This document shows, piece by piece, positions 50,820-62,065 of a stretch of 64,000 bases of DNA; within the stretch, counting starts at the first letter, position 1, and each line of letters opens with the position of its first letter. The stretch is from a virus. Made by a program: the position numbers and the translations under genes. The DNA is taken from IMG/VR virus record IMGVR_UViG_3300032167_002503, one strand, 5' to 3'. The notes under the pieces are model-generated. The model was not told the origin of the DNA and made no database searches. It saw only the letters and a list, made by a program, of their open reading frames with translations.

Positions 50820-50897
50820 TGGTGCTCCGGACTGGACTTGAACCAGTGACCTCACGATTATCAGTCGTGTATTCTAAACCAACTGAACTACCGAAGC
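50820..50897 (-). tRNA. tRNA-Ile(GAT)
   Basis: Acceptor GCTTCGG, anticodon loop CTGATAA. Confidence 0.65.
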
Positions 50898-51015
50898 ATA
50901 AAAGGCAGCGAGAACACCGTGTACTTTGGCATCGGTACTGCTAAACGGAACTGGTGCAGGCACTTATCCCTGAAAGGCTAATCCTTTGTTCAATCCTCAT
51001 TAAACCTCACTTAAC

Positions 51016-51090
<75 letters not shown>

Positions 51091-51096
51091 AGAACT

Positions 51097-51186
51097 TGGC
51101 GGAGGCACCGGGACTCGAACCCAGACACCGTTCATCACGGTGGACGCCTTAGCAGGGCGTTGAGATACCAATTACTCCATACCTCC
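51097..51186 (-). tRNA. tRNA-Ser(GCT)
   Basis: Acceptor GGAGGTA, anticodon loop CTGCTAA, long variable arm. Confidence 0.6.
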
Positions 51187-51221
51187 AAGTTAAGAACAAG
51201 ATGGCGAATATGCCATCTTGT

Positions 51222-51776
51222 TTATATATTTAACCAATCCTGATCACTTATTCTTTTAATCTCGCTTGTTTTGTGCGGCAATCCATATCTATCGCACCAT
51301 TTGCGAACAGCATTATCAGATACGCCAAATTGCTTACCAATGGTCGTAAAAGGTGTTGTGCGAATTAAAAGTTTTAATTCCTCTCGATTAACAGGCAACT
51401 CTTTTCTTTTGTGAATGCCATCACATTTGCTACACCGCATACTATTTTTGGTTATCTCAACACCACAATCACAGCAATAATTTTTTGCTTTATGCGGATT
51501 ATTTGGGTCAAATTTGGAGTAATGTAGTGGGTAGTTTAATGTCTCATCAAACCAAGCGCGACCAACATTTATATCTCGTATGGTGTCTTTGTGAACCCCA
51601 TATTTACTTGCCAGACTAGCATGAATTATCTCGCCTTCTGTGTCATTAAGTAAAATGGTTTTTATTTCTTCCACTTGAGAAACAGTAAGTTTACTGCCAG
51701 TAATTTCATGATGACCGCCAACCGTTTGATTATATGCTGGATGCAGCTGATTTATCCACCACACTTCTCGGTCATT
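51222..51776 (-). CDS. homing-endonuclease-like protein (Zn-ribbon plus C-terminal HTH)
   Basis: CCDCG...CSKCDG and a C-terminal HTH GVSDNAVRKWCDRYGL, located inside the tRNA array. Confidence 0.4.
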   Translation of the reverse strand, partial: NDREVWWINQLHPAYNQTVGGHHEITGSKLTVSQVEEIKTILLNDTEGEIIHASLASKYGVHKDTIRDINVGRAWFDETLNYPLHYSKFDPNNPHKAKNYCCDCGVEITKNSMRCSKCDGIHKRKELPVNREELKLLIRTTPFTTIGKQFGVSDNAVRKWCDRYGLPHKTSEIKRISDQDWLNI

Positions 51777-52063
51777 TAGAGCGGTTTGCGGACATTCCTC
51801 TAAAACCTCAAAAGAAAATGCTGCCTAACCATATTTTCGCATTGCTCGATAAAGAGGATACTCATATCCTTTATCATTGGGATTGTAAGCAGCTATCTTG
51901 TGATTTTTCCATCTCTATTGGATATTACTACTTTGCCCGATATAACTGTGCCCATTAACATCATTGGTGATTTTGTAAATGCCAACCATATTATTCATCT
52001 CCTTTATATAATATGATTTTTATTCACATCATCTTGAACAAAATTGACCCATCCTTTTGGATG

Positions 52064-52144
52064 TATTTGGTTGCTGAAGCCTTCGAGTCGAACGAAGTTG
52101 AAAGAGTTTATGAGACTCCCCGAGATATCGACCTCCCGCCAGCG
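52064..52144 (-). tRNA. degenerate tRNA-like element with anticodon loop CTCATAA (CAT)
   Basis: Perfect T-arm CTTCG-TTCGACT-CGAAG and an anticodon stem GGAGT/ACTCT. The acceptor stem is imperfect. Confidence 0.3.
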
Positions 52145-52219
52145 TGGTGCCAATGGATGGAATCGAACCATCATCTTTAGTCTTATGAAGACTACGCTCT
52201 ACCTTTAAGCTACACGGGC
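52145..52219 (-). tRNA. tRNA-Met(CAT). Met, fMet or Ile2 identity not resolved.
   Basis: Acceptor GCCCGTG, anticodon loop TTCATAA. Confidence 0.6.
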
Positions 52220-52399
52220 ATATTCAAGACGATTGCGCACTCGTCTTGGGTATTATGGTTTACCAGACCGCTACTAATTCACCATTCAAGCAGCTGTAGG
52301 AGACACGCCGTTCCATTTTGACGCTGAAGGAAGGGCTTCTCACAACCAAGCAAACGGTTAGTCAAAGTCGTATACAACTAGTGGGACTAACAACCACAT

Positions 52400-52476
52400 T
52401 GGTGACCCCTGCGAGGCTCGAACTCGCATTGCCGGCTTGAGAGGCCGGCCTCCTAGACCAGTTAGAGGAAGGGGCC
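52400..52476 (-). tRNA. tRNA-Glu(CTC)
   Basis: Acceptor GGCCCCT, anticodon loop CTCTCAA. Confidence 0.5.
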
Positions 52477-53086
52477 ATAAGCGGCCGAAGCCGCAGGTAT
52501 TACACAGGGTCGATGTCGCGATGATTGCACTTCCGAATGACATAGACCTGAACGGTCTCGCCATTCTTCTTGTACTCAGCTTCCTCCAGGGTGGAGAAAT
52601 CGCAGACCCAGACGTTGCTGGAACCGACACGGCGCAGCTCGCCACCGCAGTTGGGACACTTGCGAGGCTTCTCAGCCTTGGGCTTGGGCTGCTTCATACC
52701 GAGGGCGGCCGCAACTGCGGCAAAACTGTTGAAACGACCGTGGATTTCAGAAATATTCTTCATGGCATGTTCCTCCTTAATTCTTCTTTTCGTTGAACTT
52801 CTCGCACGAATGCTTTCGAGGCACATGCTTGCCGTCAGCACACTTCTTCGTGCAACGATTGTAAGAACCGCAGTTCTGACAGACCTCGCGAACCTTGACT
52901 TCGCTCTTGTTGCTCTCCATGTTTTGACCTCCAAAGAAAGTTTTTGAGTGGAGTTTACTTTGCCTTTTTATATTCCGCTTGCCACTAAGCCACATACCAG
53001 TCTACGGTCTTCTTTCGTAGCGTCTGTCGGTGGTAGTTTAACTCCATAATCCATGTTAGCGGTGAAGCCGACCTCTTAAGGGCCGC

Positions 53087-53162
53087 TGGTACTCCCAACG
53101 GGATTCGAACCCGTGACTCTGGCGTGAAAGGCCAGTGACTTAGACCGCTTGTCGATGGGAGC
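53087..53162 (-). tRNA. tRNA-Glu(TTC)
   Basis: Acceptor GCTCCCA, anticodon loop CTTTCAC. Confidence 0.6.
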
Positions 53163-53394
53163 ATAACGCAGGATTCTACCTTACCTGCTCGGTATTCATG
53201 ATTTTACAGCTACATGACAGCATCTTGCCAATGAACCGGCGGCATTGTCATCCCTGTTGGTCGGGTTTTTCTCGAGACCGGTGACCCTCTGCTTCTTATT
53301 CTCTGCGGCCGCAGATATATTTTACAACGGGGAAGAAGTTTTGAAAATGAACCGTTGCCCCAGGGAGTCTCTTTCAACTCACTTTACCGAGGAA

Positions 53395-53470
53395 TGGTGG
53401 ACCAGACGCGACTCGAACGCGCTACCTCCTGCTTGCAAGGCAGGTGCTCTCCCAGCTGAGCTACTGGCCC
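53395..53470 (-). tRNA. tRNA-Ala(TGC)
   Basis: Acceptor GGGCCAG, anticodon loop CTTGCAA. Confidence 0.65.
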
Positions 53471-53602
53471 ATATTCAAATCAATGGGAGGAAATTTCATC
53501 CTCTCTGCCCTGTTCCGGAATGGCAGCGGTAATTGCGCTCATTGATTTTGAAATGCGTCCACCTAGGATTTGAACGACTGAGGGTTTTTAGTCTTATGCG
53601 CC

Positions 53603-53679
53603 CACAACTTCCTGGCGATGCGTACGGGATTCGAACCCGTGACCTTCGGAGAGACAGTCCGACATTCTAGCCAGCTGAA
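53603..53679 (-). tRNA. tRNA-Asp(GTC)
   Basis: Acceptor GGTGCGT, anticodon loop CTGTCTC, G73. Confidence 0.65.
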
Positions 53680-53761
53680 CTAACGCACCATATTCAAGAC
53701 GGGATATACAGGCAATAATTTCAAGTTATCTTGTATAGAAAAGCTTGCAGTAACCGTCTTA

Positions 53762-53836
53762 TGGACCACCGAGAGGGAGTCGAACCCTCGCCCTCTGCTT
53801 GGAAGGCAGACATTCTAGCCGTTAAACTACCGGTGG
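53762..53836 (-). tRNA. tRNA-Gly(TCC)
   Basis: Acceptor CCACCGG, anticodon loop CTTCCAA. Confidence 0.6.
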
Positions 53837-54189
53837 ATACTCAAGACACAGTCGAAGGATTTGAACCATTCTTAAACCTGTCATCAAAAAACAAATCTGT
53901 TATCCAAAAATTTGCTGTGCTGTGTCTTATCTTTGTATATACATTATACCAAGATTTTTAATTTTTTGCAAATGTTTCGCAGAGGCGGCCGTCCTCTACT
54001 AAGCTCCACTTCATTCACCGTCGGAAGGGCGCTATCATCGAACCAGGGGTACACGGCGTTTAAGTTTCATCTTGAAACTAGTCTCAGCATACCGGGTGTA
54101 TCTGAAAGTCACGCTGTCACGAAGCGCTCGCCCTGCAAACACCGTACAAGGTCGGTTGGTGGCAAGACTCCATATGCTGCTTCCACCGA

Positions 54190-54263
54190 TGGCACCGGTT
54201 GATGGAATTGAACCACCACCAAGGGAGTCAGAGTCCCTTGTACTACCATTATACGAAACCGGT
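54190..54263 (-). tRNA. tRNA-Gln(CTG)
   Basis: Acceptor ACCGGTT, anticodon loop CTCTGAC, G73. Confidence 0.6.
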
Positions 54264-54266
54264 ATA

Positions 54267-54353
54267 TGGTGCGCCCGGCGAGACTCGAACTCGCACTCCC
54301 TTGCGGGAACCAGCCCCTCAAGCTGGCGTGTCTACCGATTCCACCACGGGCGC
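54267..54353 (-). tRNA. tRNA-Leu(GAG)
   Basis: Acceptor GCGCCCG, anticodon loop TTGAGGG, long variable arm. Confidence 0.6.
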
Positions 54354-54358
54354 ATATC

Positions 54359-54445
54359 TGGTGCCGGGGACGGGACTCGAACCCGTACGGTGTCACCACC
54401 AGGGGATTTTAAGTCCCCTGTGTCTACCAGTTCCACCACCCCGGC
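54359..54445 (-). tRNA. tRNA-Leu(TAA)
   Basis: Acceptor GCCGGGG, anticodon loop CTTAAAA, long variable arm. Confidence 0.6.
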
Positions 54446-54776
54446 ATAAAGAACCGTGTCGTGGTTCGGACGCTAGCCCTTAATTCGTCCGCTCATGCGG
54501 CTACCCTTATAGTCACAGATTACTCCGCTATTCCGCTAGGCAGACTATAAGGTGAGTTGGAATTTCACCAACATAATTCACTCCGCGCGTCTCATGTCGA
54601 TACCAGCTCGCCCCGGAAGCGAGATTGCTCTTACGGTTGTCCAAGCCACCCGCGCGTCCGTTTCCATTAGTGGTGGCGATATTCTTGCGTTATTTCTTTT
54701 GCGTCACTAACAGCCATTGACGCCGGTCTTACATCGTTATTTATACTCCTGTTGGATGGCGGCAAACCGGGAGTTT

Positions 54777-54852
54777 TGGCTGCCCCGGTGGGACTCGAAC
54801 CCACGACATACGGATTAACAGTCCGCCGTTCTACCGACTGGACTACAGGGCA
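54777..54852 (-). tRNA. tRNA-Asn(GTT)
   Basis: Acceptor TGCCCTG, anticodon loop CTGTTAA. Confidence 0.6.
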
Positions 54853-55028
54853 ATATGTATCTTGGCGTGTCTACGCTTTATAAGGACTCTGTGTACTTCT
54901 GGTCCCGTCTCCCAATGCCCGACACTTTACTGGGTACTACCAAGATTATCTGCAAGGCTTTTCTCTTTCTCAACCTTACATATTTATTATATCATATTTT
55001 TTAATGTTTTGCAAACATGATATAAGAC

Positions 55029-55103
55029 TGGCAGGGCGACCTGGACTCGAACCAGGAGTCACGGTTTTGGAGACCGTTGGTTTAGCCATTAACCGACCAC
55101 CCT
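55029..55103 (-). tRNA. tRNA-Trp(CCA)
   Basis: Acceptor AGGGTGG, anticodon loop CTCCAAA. Confidence 0.6.
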
Positions 55104-55119
55104 ATATACTGGACGCTTC

Positions 55120-55191
55120 TTTTGAGAGCGGGAATTGAACCCGCAATTTCGCTTTTGCAGAGCAATGTCTTAACCATTTGACTATCTCAGA
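55120..55191 (-). tRNA. tRNA-Cys(GCA). Canonical type I. CCA not encoded.
   Basis: Acceptor TCTGAGA, anticodon loop CTGCAAA. Confidence 0.55.
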
Positions 55192-55212
55192 TAGATTTGC
55201 TGTAAGCGTCCA

Positions 55213-55290
55213 TGGTGGGCCTTCGGGGACTTGAACCCGGGACCGCGCGGTTATGAGCCGCGTGCTCTAAACCAACTGAGCTAAAGGCCC
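55213..55290 (-). tRNA. tRNA-Met(CAT), second full copy. Met, fMet or Ile2 identity not resolved.
   Basis: Acceptor GGGCCTT, anticodon loop CTCATAA. Confidence 0.6.
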
Positions 55291-55300
55291 ATGGATTATG

Positions 55301-55464
55301 GCAAAGAGTTAATGAAACACTTTACCAAGAATTTCTTTTAGTCGCGCCATAAAAGACTGCTCTTCTTTTCTCGTATAATAGAAGTGGCAATCAGAGAAGC
55401 TCATTGCCGTATTGCAAGAGTTCTCAAAAGGACAGGTGGCACAACTACTAGGAATATGACCCAT
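55301..55464 (-). CDS. small Cys-rich (Zn-finger-like) protein, 54 codons, not in the ORF track
   Basis: MGHIPSSCATCPFENSCNT...CHFYY, ending with TAA. Confidence 0.3.
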
Positions 55465-55540
55465 TGGTTTTCACCACCTTTGCATTGCCAAGGTATCTCT
55501 CAACCTTGTATATATATTATATAATATTTTTTATTGTTTT

Positions 55541-56437
55541 TCAAGCTCTCTCGAAAGTCCAGCCATGAATGGCGACACCAGTATCAAGAGCATCGTAAAT
55601 CTTGTTCAAAGTATCGAAAATCTCTTGCGCGGTCTTGAGCTTTCCGGGCTTGGCGAGGTTCATCGCATGGTAAATCTTCTCCTGCGTTACCACACGATTC
55701 TTTTTTCTCGCAACAATAGCAACGTTGAACTTTTCGCTATCAATAGCAGGAATGATAGCTGCGGCCTGATGGTGTCTGGTAGTAGAACTCTTGCCGGTAA
55801 GTACCCAGTTGGGGCCTCTCTTGTCGCTACTAGGCTGGGTTCCCACAGACTTCTTCTTTTTCTTGCCATAACGCATATTGATACGAGCTACCTTTACAGG
55901 CTCAATACCCTCAGGAAGGATATAATCGTCAATGTTCTCCCAGACCCACTTGAGCATCTGAGCATCTTCCAGAGCATTGTGGTTCTGAGTGGCTGGCTCG
56001 TTAGACGAAAGCCGCATGGTCAGATAGGCAGACCGCAATCCAATGGAATCGCGATTAAAGTGACGAGAAACACGCTTGTCAACATTCTCGCACCGCTCGA
56101 TGATGTAATCGAGAATGCACTTGGTTGCTTCGCTCTCGGTGAAGCCCGTAGAGGCTCTCAGAAAAGTTCTGTCACCTTTGCCGTAATGGATAAAAGTAAT
56201 CTTATCGAGGGGAGTACAGACACACAAAAATCTGCGGACAGACGACATAACTGTTTCCAGGGTAGGTGCAATGTCAGCTTCCTCCTGGGAGATATTCGTC
56301 AACAGCTTGATATTGTGGTCCAACTTGGTATGAGGACGAATCAGACTTTAAAACTCATCGCCACTCTCGGTCACCATTCCAATAGAGATAACCTCATTGG
56401 TGACGGCATTAGCTTCCAAATCCAGATAAATCTTCAT
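55541..56437 (-). pseudogene. DEDDh 3'-5' exonuclease (DnaQ-like) interrupted by an in-frame TAA at about 56347-56349. Either a pseudogene or read-through dependent.
   Basis: Motif I YLDLEANA lies in a 29-codon N-terminal segment ending in TAA. The same frame continues with motif II FIHYGKGDRTFL and motif III HNALEDAQML. Confidence 0.45.
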
Positions 56438-56454
56438 GCTCAAACTTCCCTTCT

Positions 56455-56500
56455 TTTCTTACCTTGTATATATATTATACCATGATTTTTAAGTTTTTGC
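56455..56500 (-). promoter_or_regulatory. conserved promoter-like motif copy
   Basis: Plus-strand form tatatatattataccatgatttttaagtttttgcaaa. Confidence 0.45.
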
Positions 56501-56524
56501 AAAAAGATTAAATTACTACCCCTC

Positions 56525-56833
56525 TTATGCAGAGAGGTAGTAATCTTGTTCACTCATATCCATCGCAATCTGACGTTTCAGTTCGCTATGTTTATAGTTA
56601 ATAGAAGGAGAATAGTTGCCGGCCAAATATCTGCGTTTACCCTTGTTACGGGTTTTAGCAGAACACATGGGGCAGGAGCAATGGATCTTTCCCTTGGAGT
56701 ACTGATGCAAATTCTTATAATACTCAAATTCGGGATCGTTGTAACCATACCACTGTTTGGTGATGCGTCTTTTGCGCAGCGCCTTGCGACGACTCACATC
56801 ACGATTATATGCTCTTGAATGTGGTTTCCGCAC
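56525..56833 (-). CDS. basic Zn-finger protein
   Basis: HCSCPMCSAK in a Lys/Arg-rich protein. Confidence 0.3.
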   Translation of the reverse strand: MRKPHSRAYNRDVSRRKALRKRRITKQWYGYNDPEFEYYKNLHQYSKGKIHCSCPMCSAKTRNKGKRRYLAGNYSPSINYKHSELKRQIAMDMSEQDYYLSA

Positions 56834-57206
56834 ACTATCATGCCTCCTATGATAAAGGGTGTTGTACTTATTATGAAAATTCTTTAAGACTTATTTAAGC
56901 ACCTTGACCAAAAATTTTTAGTTAAGGCCAAGTTTTGCCATAAGTCCGGCGACCTTCTCCTTGTCCTCGGTGGACAATTCAGTAGGCGTGGCTACAGGCG
57001 CTACAGACCCGCCGGCCGCACTCACATTGCTATTGTTTCCTGCTTCGACGGGATTCTTGGGCATGGTCATGGCGATAGCAAACTGAATCATCTCCCCGCC
57101 ATCACTTGCCTGGACGTAGATTTTCTTGTCAACAAAAGCGACGAAATCTTCTCCGAATGCTTCAATAATCTTATTCTTGACCGCCTCGCGTGCGGTATCT
57201 CCTCTT

Positions 57207-58550
57207 TTAGCCAATGTCTTCGTCCTCCTCTAAAGTTATTTCATCCTCGCGTAACATTGCTTCATAGCAGCTCTTGCAATACGGGATGCCATTGACAAAC
57301 ATAATTTCATCTTCTTCATATATTCTATGATAACAACTATCACAAGTCAAGAAAAAGTCTTCATCCGCGTCATGTACTGCTATGCACTCTTCACATAGCA
57401 GCGAATCTTCTCTCTTGATTGTATTCTCGCCACAACAGGGGCATGGAACTGTGCCTCCTACCTTAAGGCCAAAGATGTTCCTAAATGATTGCAACTCTTC
57501 AAACAGCGAGCTAGCATTTGTGGCATAGATATCACTATGTTCATCAAGAAGCGGCTGATTTACAGCTATGATTGGGGTGTAAGTACTTGAAGATATGAGG
57601 TCACAATAACCTCGATAATCGCTGGCATCTATGACATCTCGCATATCAAAAGAACGACCACCAGCGTTGATTTGATTGTAATTTAGCATTGTCTGCCCTG
57701 CGGTAGGGAAGCTGACAATCTTGTAGCCAAAATCTCTAGGCTCGCTAAAAGTCACTTCAGGCAGCATGGCCGCAATCATTTCGTGTACTGCATCTACCAA
57801 GGTGGAGCAATCATATGGATACTGTCTATTATAATAGATACAATTTTTCAAGTCGGTGTGTACCAACATTCTCCACTTCTTACTATTCCATTTCATTCCC
57901 ATGGGCAGACACTTCAACTTCTCTTGTTTTTCACTAGCAAGATAAGCAATAACTGTGGAGCTATCTGTCATGTAACTTAAATTGCCAGCTCGATAATCAC
58001 CATCGAGTGAATGACAAGAAGACCAATTTGCATTGTTTTCGGAGAGAGTCAAGAAATCTCGGGGATCAACAGATAGGTATAAATAACCTTCTATTTTGTT
58101 CTCCTGGATGTATCTCGAGGCGGTATCCTGTGCCCATCTTGTTACCTCTGGGGCTGAGATAAAATGCTTAAACGAACGCAGGATTTTGGAGCCTGCACTG
58201 ATATGCTTAGATGGGTAAGGTAGTACAACCTTATTATCAAAGAAACCGTCCTTGTTGATATAGAGAAAACTCTCTAGGTCTTCATTCAACACGTCATTTT
58301 CATCAAGAGCAGAAAGAAATTCTTTGAATCTGCGGGAACGCTGCTCTTCGGAGAGTGTAACCGTGATTGGAGTTTCACTACGAACGATTAGTCTACCCCC
58401 AAAAAGAGTGATAAATGGCGCTTTCGCTTCTTGCCATTTATTCATTAGTTCAGTGCAATTTACATCGAAAGGATAATCTTGAGAACGCACGATAATCTCT
58501 TCGATGCTCTCTTGAAGGTCTTTATAATCTCCAATCAACAGCTTCACCAC
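57207..58550 (-). CDS. hypothetical protein with C-terminal Zn-ribbons
   Basis: 447-aa ORF with CPCCGE...CEEC...CDSC...CKSC. Confidence 0.35.
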   Translation of the reverse strand: MVKLLIGDYKDLQESIEEIIVRSQDYPFDVNCTELMNKWQEAKAPFITLFGGRLIVRSETPITVTLSEEQRSRRFKEFLSALDENDVLNEDLESFLYINKDGFFDNKVVLPYPSKHISAGSKILRSFKHFISAPEVTRWAQDTASRYIQENKIEGYLYLSVDPRDFLTLSENNANWSSCHSLDGDYRAGNLSYMTDSSTVIAYLASEKQEKLKCLPMGMKWNSKKWRMLVHTDLKNCIYYNRQYPYDCSTLVDAVHEMIAAMLPEVTFSEPRDFGYKIVSFPTAGQTMLNYNQINAGGRSFDMRDVIDASDYRGYCDLISSSTYTPIIAVNQPLLDEHSDIYATNASSLFEELQSFRNIFGLKVGGTVPCPCCGENTIKREDSLLCEECIAVHDADEDFFLTCDSCYHRIYEEDEIMFVNGIPYCKSCYEAMLREDEITLEEDEDIG

Positions 58551-59241
58551 CCATACTTACTAATAGATTATTTGCCGTAGAGAAAGGTTTGCTTCCTCTG
58601 AAAGCAGGAGTGCCTCTACACTGTTTTGTTGCGCTAAAGGGACTTGGGTGTGAAGATAGAACGTAAGCCTTATTGATTAGGCTTTCCTTAACAACGTGTC
58701 CGCCATCTTCATAAACTGCCGCGCATGAAATCAAATCTTTCAACAAATCCTGCGCGTTTGCACCCCACAGCAAGAAAACAACAGGTTGAGGTAGCTTTGT
58801 AGCAGCCTGTAATACTGCTTTTGTAAATTTATTCCATCCCCAGCCAACGCAACTGTTTGCTTGATGCTCATATACGGTCAAGCTAGTATTCAGCAACAGG
58901 ACGCCATTTTCAGCCCACTTGGTCAAATCTCCATTGGCGGGTTTCGGGATGCCTAAGTCATCCTCTAACTCTTTGAAGATGTTTACCAGAGAGGGCTGAA
59001 GTTTATTTCCTGCGGCGACCGAGAATGCGAGTCCGTTGGCCTAGCCGGGTGTATGATAGGGGTCTTGTCCAACCAGACATACTTTTACATCTTCTGGCTT
59101 GGTTAAGTTCAATGCTCTGAAAATCTAATCCTGCGGAGGGAATAGGACTTTTCCCTTATCTCGCTCCTCTTGAGCATGGTTAGCGAGTTGCACGCTGAGA
59201 TTGAGAGCCTCTTGGGGTAGTAGTTCTGACCATTTACTCAT
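58522..59241 (-). CDS. ung: uracil-DNA glycosylase (family 1 UNG) with two in-frame TAG codons at about 59042-59044 and 59124-59126
   Basis: C-terminal LLLNTSLTV...SHPSPFSA. Upstream in the same frame: PPQD*IFRA...VKVCLVGQDPYHTPG*ANGLAFSV...PSLVNIFKEL. Both TAGs fall on positions that are Gln in E. coli and human UNG (HQVF and GQAHG). Confidence 0.7.
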
Positions 59242-59304
59242 AGAGAAACTCCTTTTACATTCTTCTATATTATAATTATATTATACAATATAAACAAATA
59301 TAAA

Positions 59305-60069
59305 TCAATTAGTCCTTAACTTCCCGTATTTAGTGGCTTTATCTACGAAATAAAATTGTGTGTTGCACCACTTGCAATGATTGCCAGGAATCTTGCAACG
59401 CTGCCCACAATTCAAACGCTTTTCTGCGAAATCAACAAGTGCCACATTATTTATACCAGCCGGAACGTTTTCAATGAGGTTGTCGATATCGAAATTGAAG
59501 GTACCTCTCTGGTAGACAGAGAACAAGGCATTTTCCTTCTCAAGGGTGGGCTGCCGCAGGTCTAGCACGTCAATAGCAGATGCGTATTTATCAATATCCT
59601 CGGGGCGGATAAAGAAATGGTTCGCGGCGGGCGCGCTTAAGCTTGCGTTAGGACTGATAGTAGGGGTGCTTCTCAACTTGATATTCTCTTTTGATTTAGT
59701 GAGCAGGTCTACACTAAAACCCAAAGCTCCATCAACATAGATGTCACTAACCTTGAGTTCCCGCAGGCTTTGATATGTCTCCCAATCGGAAACAGGAAAG
59801 CGGAGATAGGCATTATATCCAAGCTCAAGAAGCGCCTTTAAGGAAGTAATGTTTCCGCACTCAATGGTATAATCTTCTGCCACAGCTTTGATAAACTCAA
59901 TCTGCTCTATTGCTTTACCAATTTCTTCTTCTTCCCTTAACAGTACATTGTATCTCTTGTTAGGGTTGTTCTTAACAAAGTCAAAGATTGTACCAAGTTG
60001 GTTTGAGGCGCATCGTACCTCCCCGGCCGCAGTTTTATATGGTGATTGGCTATTTACGCTCAGTAACAT
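59305..60069 (-). CDS. hypothetical protein
   Basis: 254-aa ORF. Confidence 0.3.
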   Translation of the reverse strand: MLLSVNSQSPYKTAAGEVRCASNQLGTIFDFVKNNPNKRYNVLLREEEEIGKAIEQIEFIKAVAEDYTIECGNITSLKALLELGYNAYLRFPVSDWETYQSLRELKVSDIYVDGALGFSVDLLTKSKENIKLRSTPTISPNASLSAPAANHFFIRPEDIDKYASAIDVLDLRQPTLEKENALFSVYQRGTFNFDIDNLIENVPAGINNVALVDFAEKRLNCGQRCKIPGNHCKWCNTQFYFVDKATKYGKLRTN

Positions 60070-60322
60070 TTTCTCAACTCCTTTATTTTATAACTATATT
60101 ATAGCATATCTCTTTAGCAATGACAAGTCAAGGATTAAAATTCCCAGTTTGACAGTTTTAATTAAATTTGCTATAATGTACTTATAAGACAAAGAAAAGG
60201 AGTAATAGCCATGCTAGATGTATTTTATATTTTGATTGCCAGTGGATTTATTCCTCTTGTTATTTTCTTCATAGAAAAAGGGCTTGGTCATTGTGACCAA
60301 GCCCTTGAAGTGGGAGGATTTA

Positions 60323-60763
60323 TTAGATGGCGCGGTATGCGCTCACCTTACGGCTCTTGCCGCCCTCAGTGGTAGCAGAAACGGTCACAGAGCTCTTCTC
60401 AACGCGAGCAACCTCGGGAGAAGCCAGCTGGGTCAGACGAGCAGTTACCATCTGAGCAGAGATGTCGGGGTCGCCCAGGGCGTTGACAATCTGGTTGATG
60501 GTCATGAATTCGTCGGTGCTCAGGACAGAGAAAACCTTCTCGCGCAGCTCGTCGCCAGCCTGGCGCTTGTCAGCAGCACGCTTGGCAGCAGCAGCAGCCT
60601 TGTTGTCCAGCAGCTCAACTTCGTGAGCGATAAACTCGCGGATGGAATCGTAGGTAACGCCCTCGGCGTCGATAGCAGCGCCCTGGTTCTCGGCGTAGTC
60701 CAGGATAGCGGAGATAACGTTGTAGTGAGTCTTCTTGGTGATTTTCTTAGCAGTGTTAGTCAT
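60323..60763 (-). CDS. hypothetical protein
   Basis: 146-aa ORF. Confidence 0.3.
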   Translation of the reverse strand: MTNTAKKITKKTHYNVISAILDYAENQGAAIDAEGVTYDSIREFIAHEVELLDNKAAAAAKRAADKRQAGDELREKVFSVLSTDEFMTINQIVNALGDPDISAQMVTARLTQLASPEVARVEKSSVTVSATTEGGKSRKVSAYRAI

Positions 60764-60941
60764 TGTGATGACCTACCTTTCTTTTATTTACATATTGTAT
60801 TGATGATTTCAGCTTGCGTCAAGAACTTTCCGGCAGTGGTTCAAGGAAATTCTTTCCTTAGCTTCTAAAGATATTATACAATATTTTTCATGGTTTTGCA
60901 AACTTCGGCCTCAAGCCAGCGGTAAAGATTTGGCGACTGGA

Positions 60942-61418
60942 TTAAGAGTTAAAATTTACCCACTCTCTTTTACGAGCTTTCTCGGCGAGAAGAGCGTTGA
61001 GATCGTTGGGCTTCTTCATATGACGCTCGTCGATGATAGCTTCCTGCCAACCGAGAAGCAGATACTTGAAATGCTTGGGAGCATCCTCCGGCAGAGTGTC
61101 GGTAGATACGATGTACCAGCCAATTCCCACAGCATATCTGGCGATAGAAGCGCGCAGCCACTCTTCATCATCTGCACGATTGCCGCGGATAACGAGAATG
61201 GGGCCGTTATCAAAGCCACGAGCGTGCTTCAAGCCGTCGAAACCGTCATCGGTGGACAGCTTCTTGCCATAATTCTTGGCATACTCTGCATCGGTGTACC
61301 AGCGAACCTTACGCTCGGTCCCAGTCTTGGGATTACGAACGTTCATGTAGTATTTGCCGTTCTCATAGAACGGTTCACTCAGGCGCTCGAACTCTGCGAA
61401 ACTAGGTGCTAAGGGCAT
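60942..61418 (-). CDS. hypothetical protein
   Basis: 158-aa ORF. Confidence 0.3.
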   Translation of the reverse strand: MPLAPSFAEFERLSEPFYENGKYYMNVRNPKTGTERKVRWYTDAEYAKNYGKKLSTDDGFDGLKHARGFDNGPILVIRGNRADDEEWLRASIARYAVGIGWYIVSTDTLPEDAPKHFKYLLLGWQEAIIDERHMKKPNDLNALLAEKARKREWVNFNS

Positions 61419-62065
61419 ATCAGTGACCTCCTTTAAGCATTTGCATATTCTTCCACAAGGCGAGAGAGATGCTCTGCCTCATCATTGGTGATACTGTCAA
61501 GGAAAATGCCATATCTGCGGCAGATAGCTTCCTGTAAATCCTCGTCATACTGAGATTCGGGGTGGCGAGCCAGCTCCATTGCCGCAAGGTTGAAAGAGTT
61601 GGTATATTGAGAGAAAGCCGTGTTGTGAATCTTGGTACGCTGTTCAGGTGCCCACAGGTCAAAACGGCAATGATTAGAATGACACATCAGAACATACCTC
61701 CATACAATGCGTTAGGTAGACTCAATAGCTTGTCGAGGGCTTGAGCCCCTTTTGTTCACGCTCAACATGAGCTGCCATCTCGCTTGCCGACAGGTGGCTA
61801 TGAGCCTCGAATCCCGCAATTACAGTTTGCAACTGCTTAATTTCTTCCATCAGCTCTTTGATTGCCTTGTCACTGGCGGCTTTTTGGGTTGCAAGGGTAA
61901 CTTCGAGAGACGAAATCGTCTTTTGTAGCTTTTGCTTTTCAGCGAGGAACGCCTTATCTTTGGCGGAGAGTTGACGACTCACAATGAATTACTCCTTTCT
62001 CACTTTCTATAAATATAATAACATATATTTATAGGTGTTGCAAGAACTGCGGAAAGCGTGTTAAA

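Noticed and set aside
50253-50855. ORFs 50253..50504, 50482..50841 and 50520..50855
   Set aside because: They overlap the 173-nt tRNA-like gene, tRNA-Ser and tRNA-Ile and the non-coding block. They are spurious.
53245-54483. Plus-strand ORFs across the tRNA array (53245..53532, 53912..54202, 54072..54449, 54199..54483)
   Set aside because: Each spans one or more minus-strand tRNA genes.
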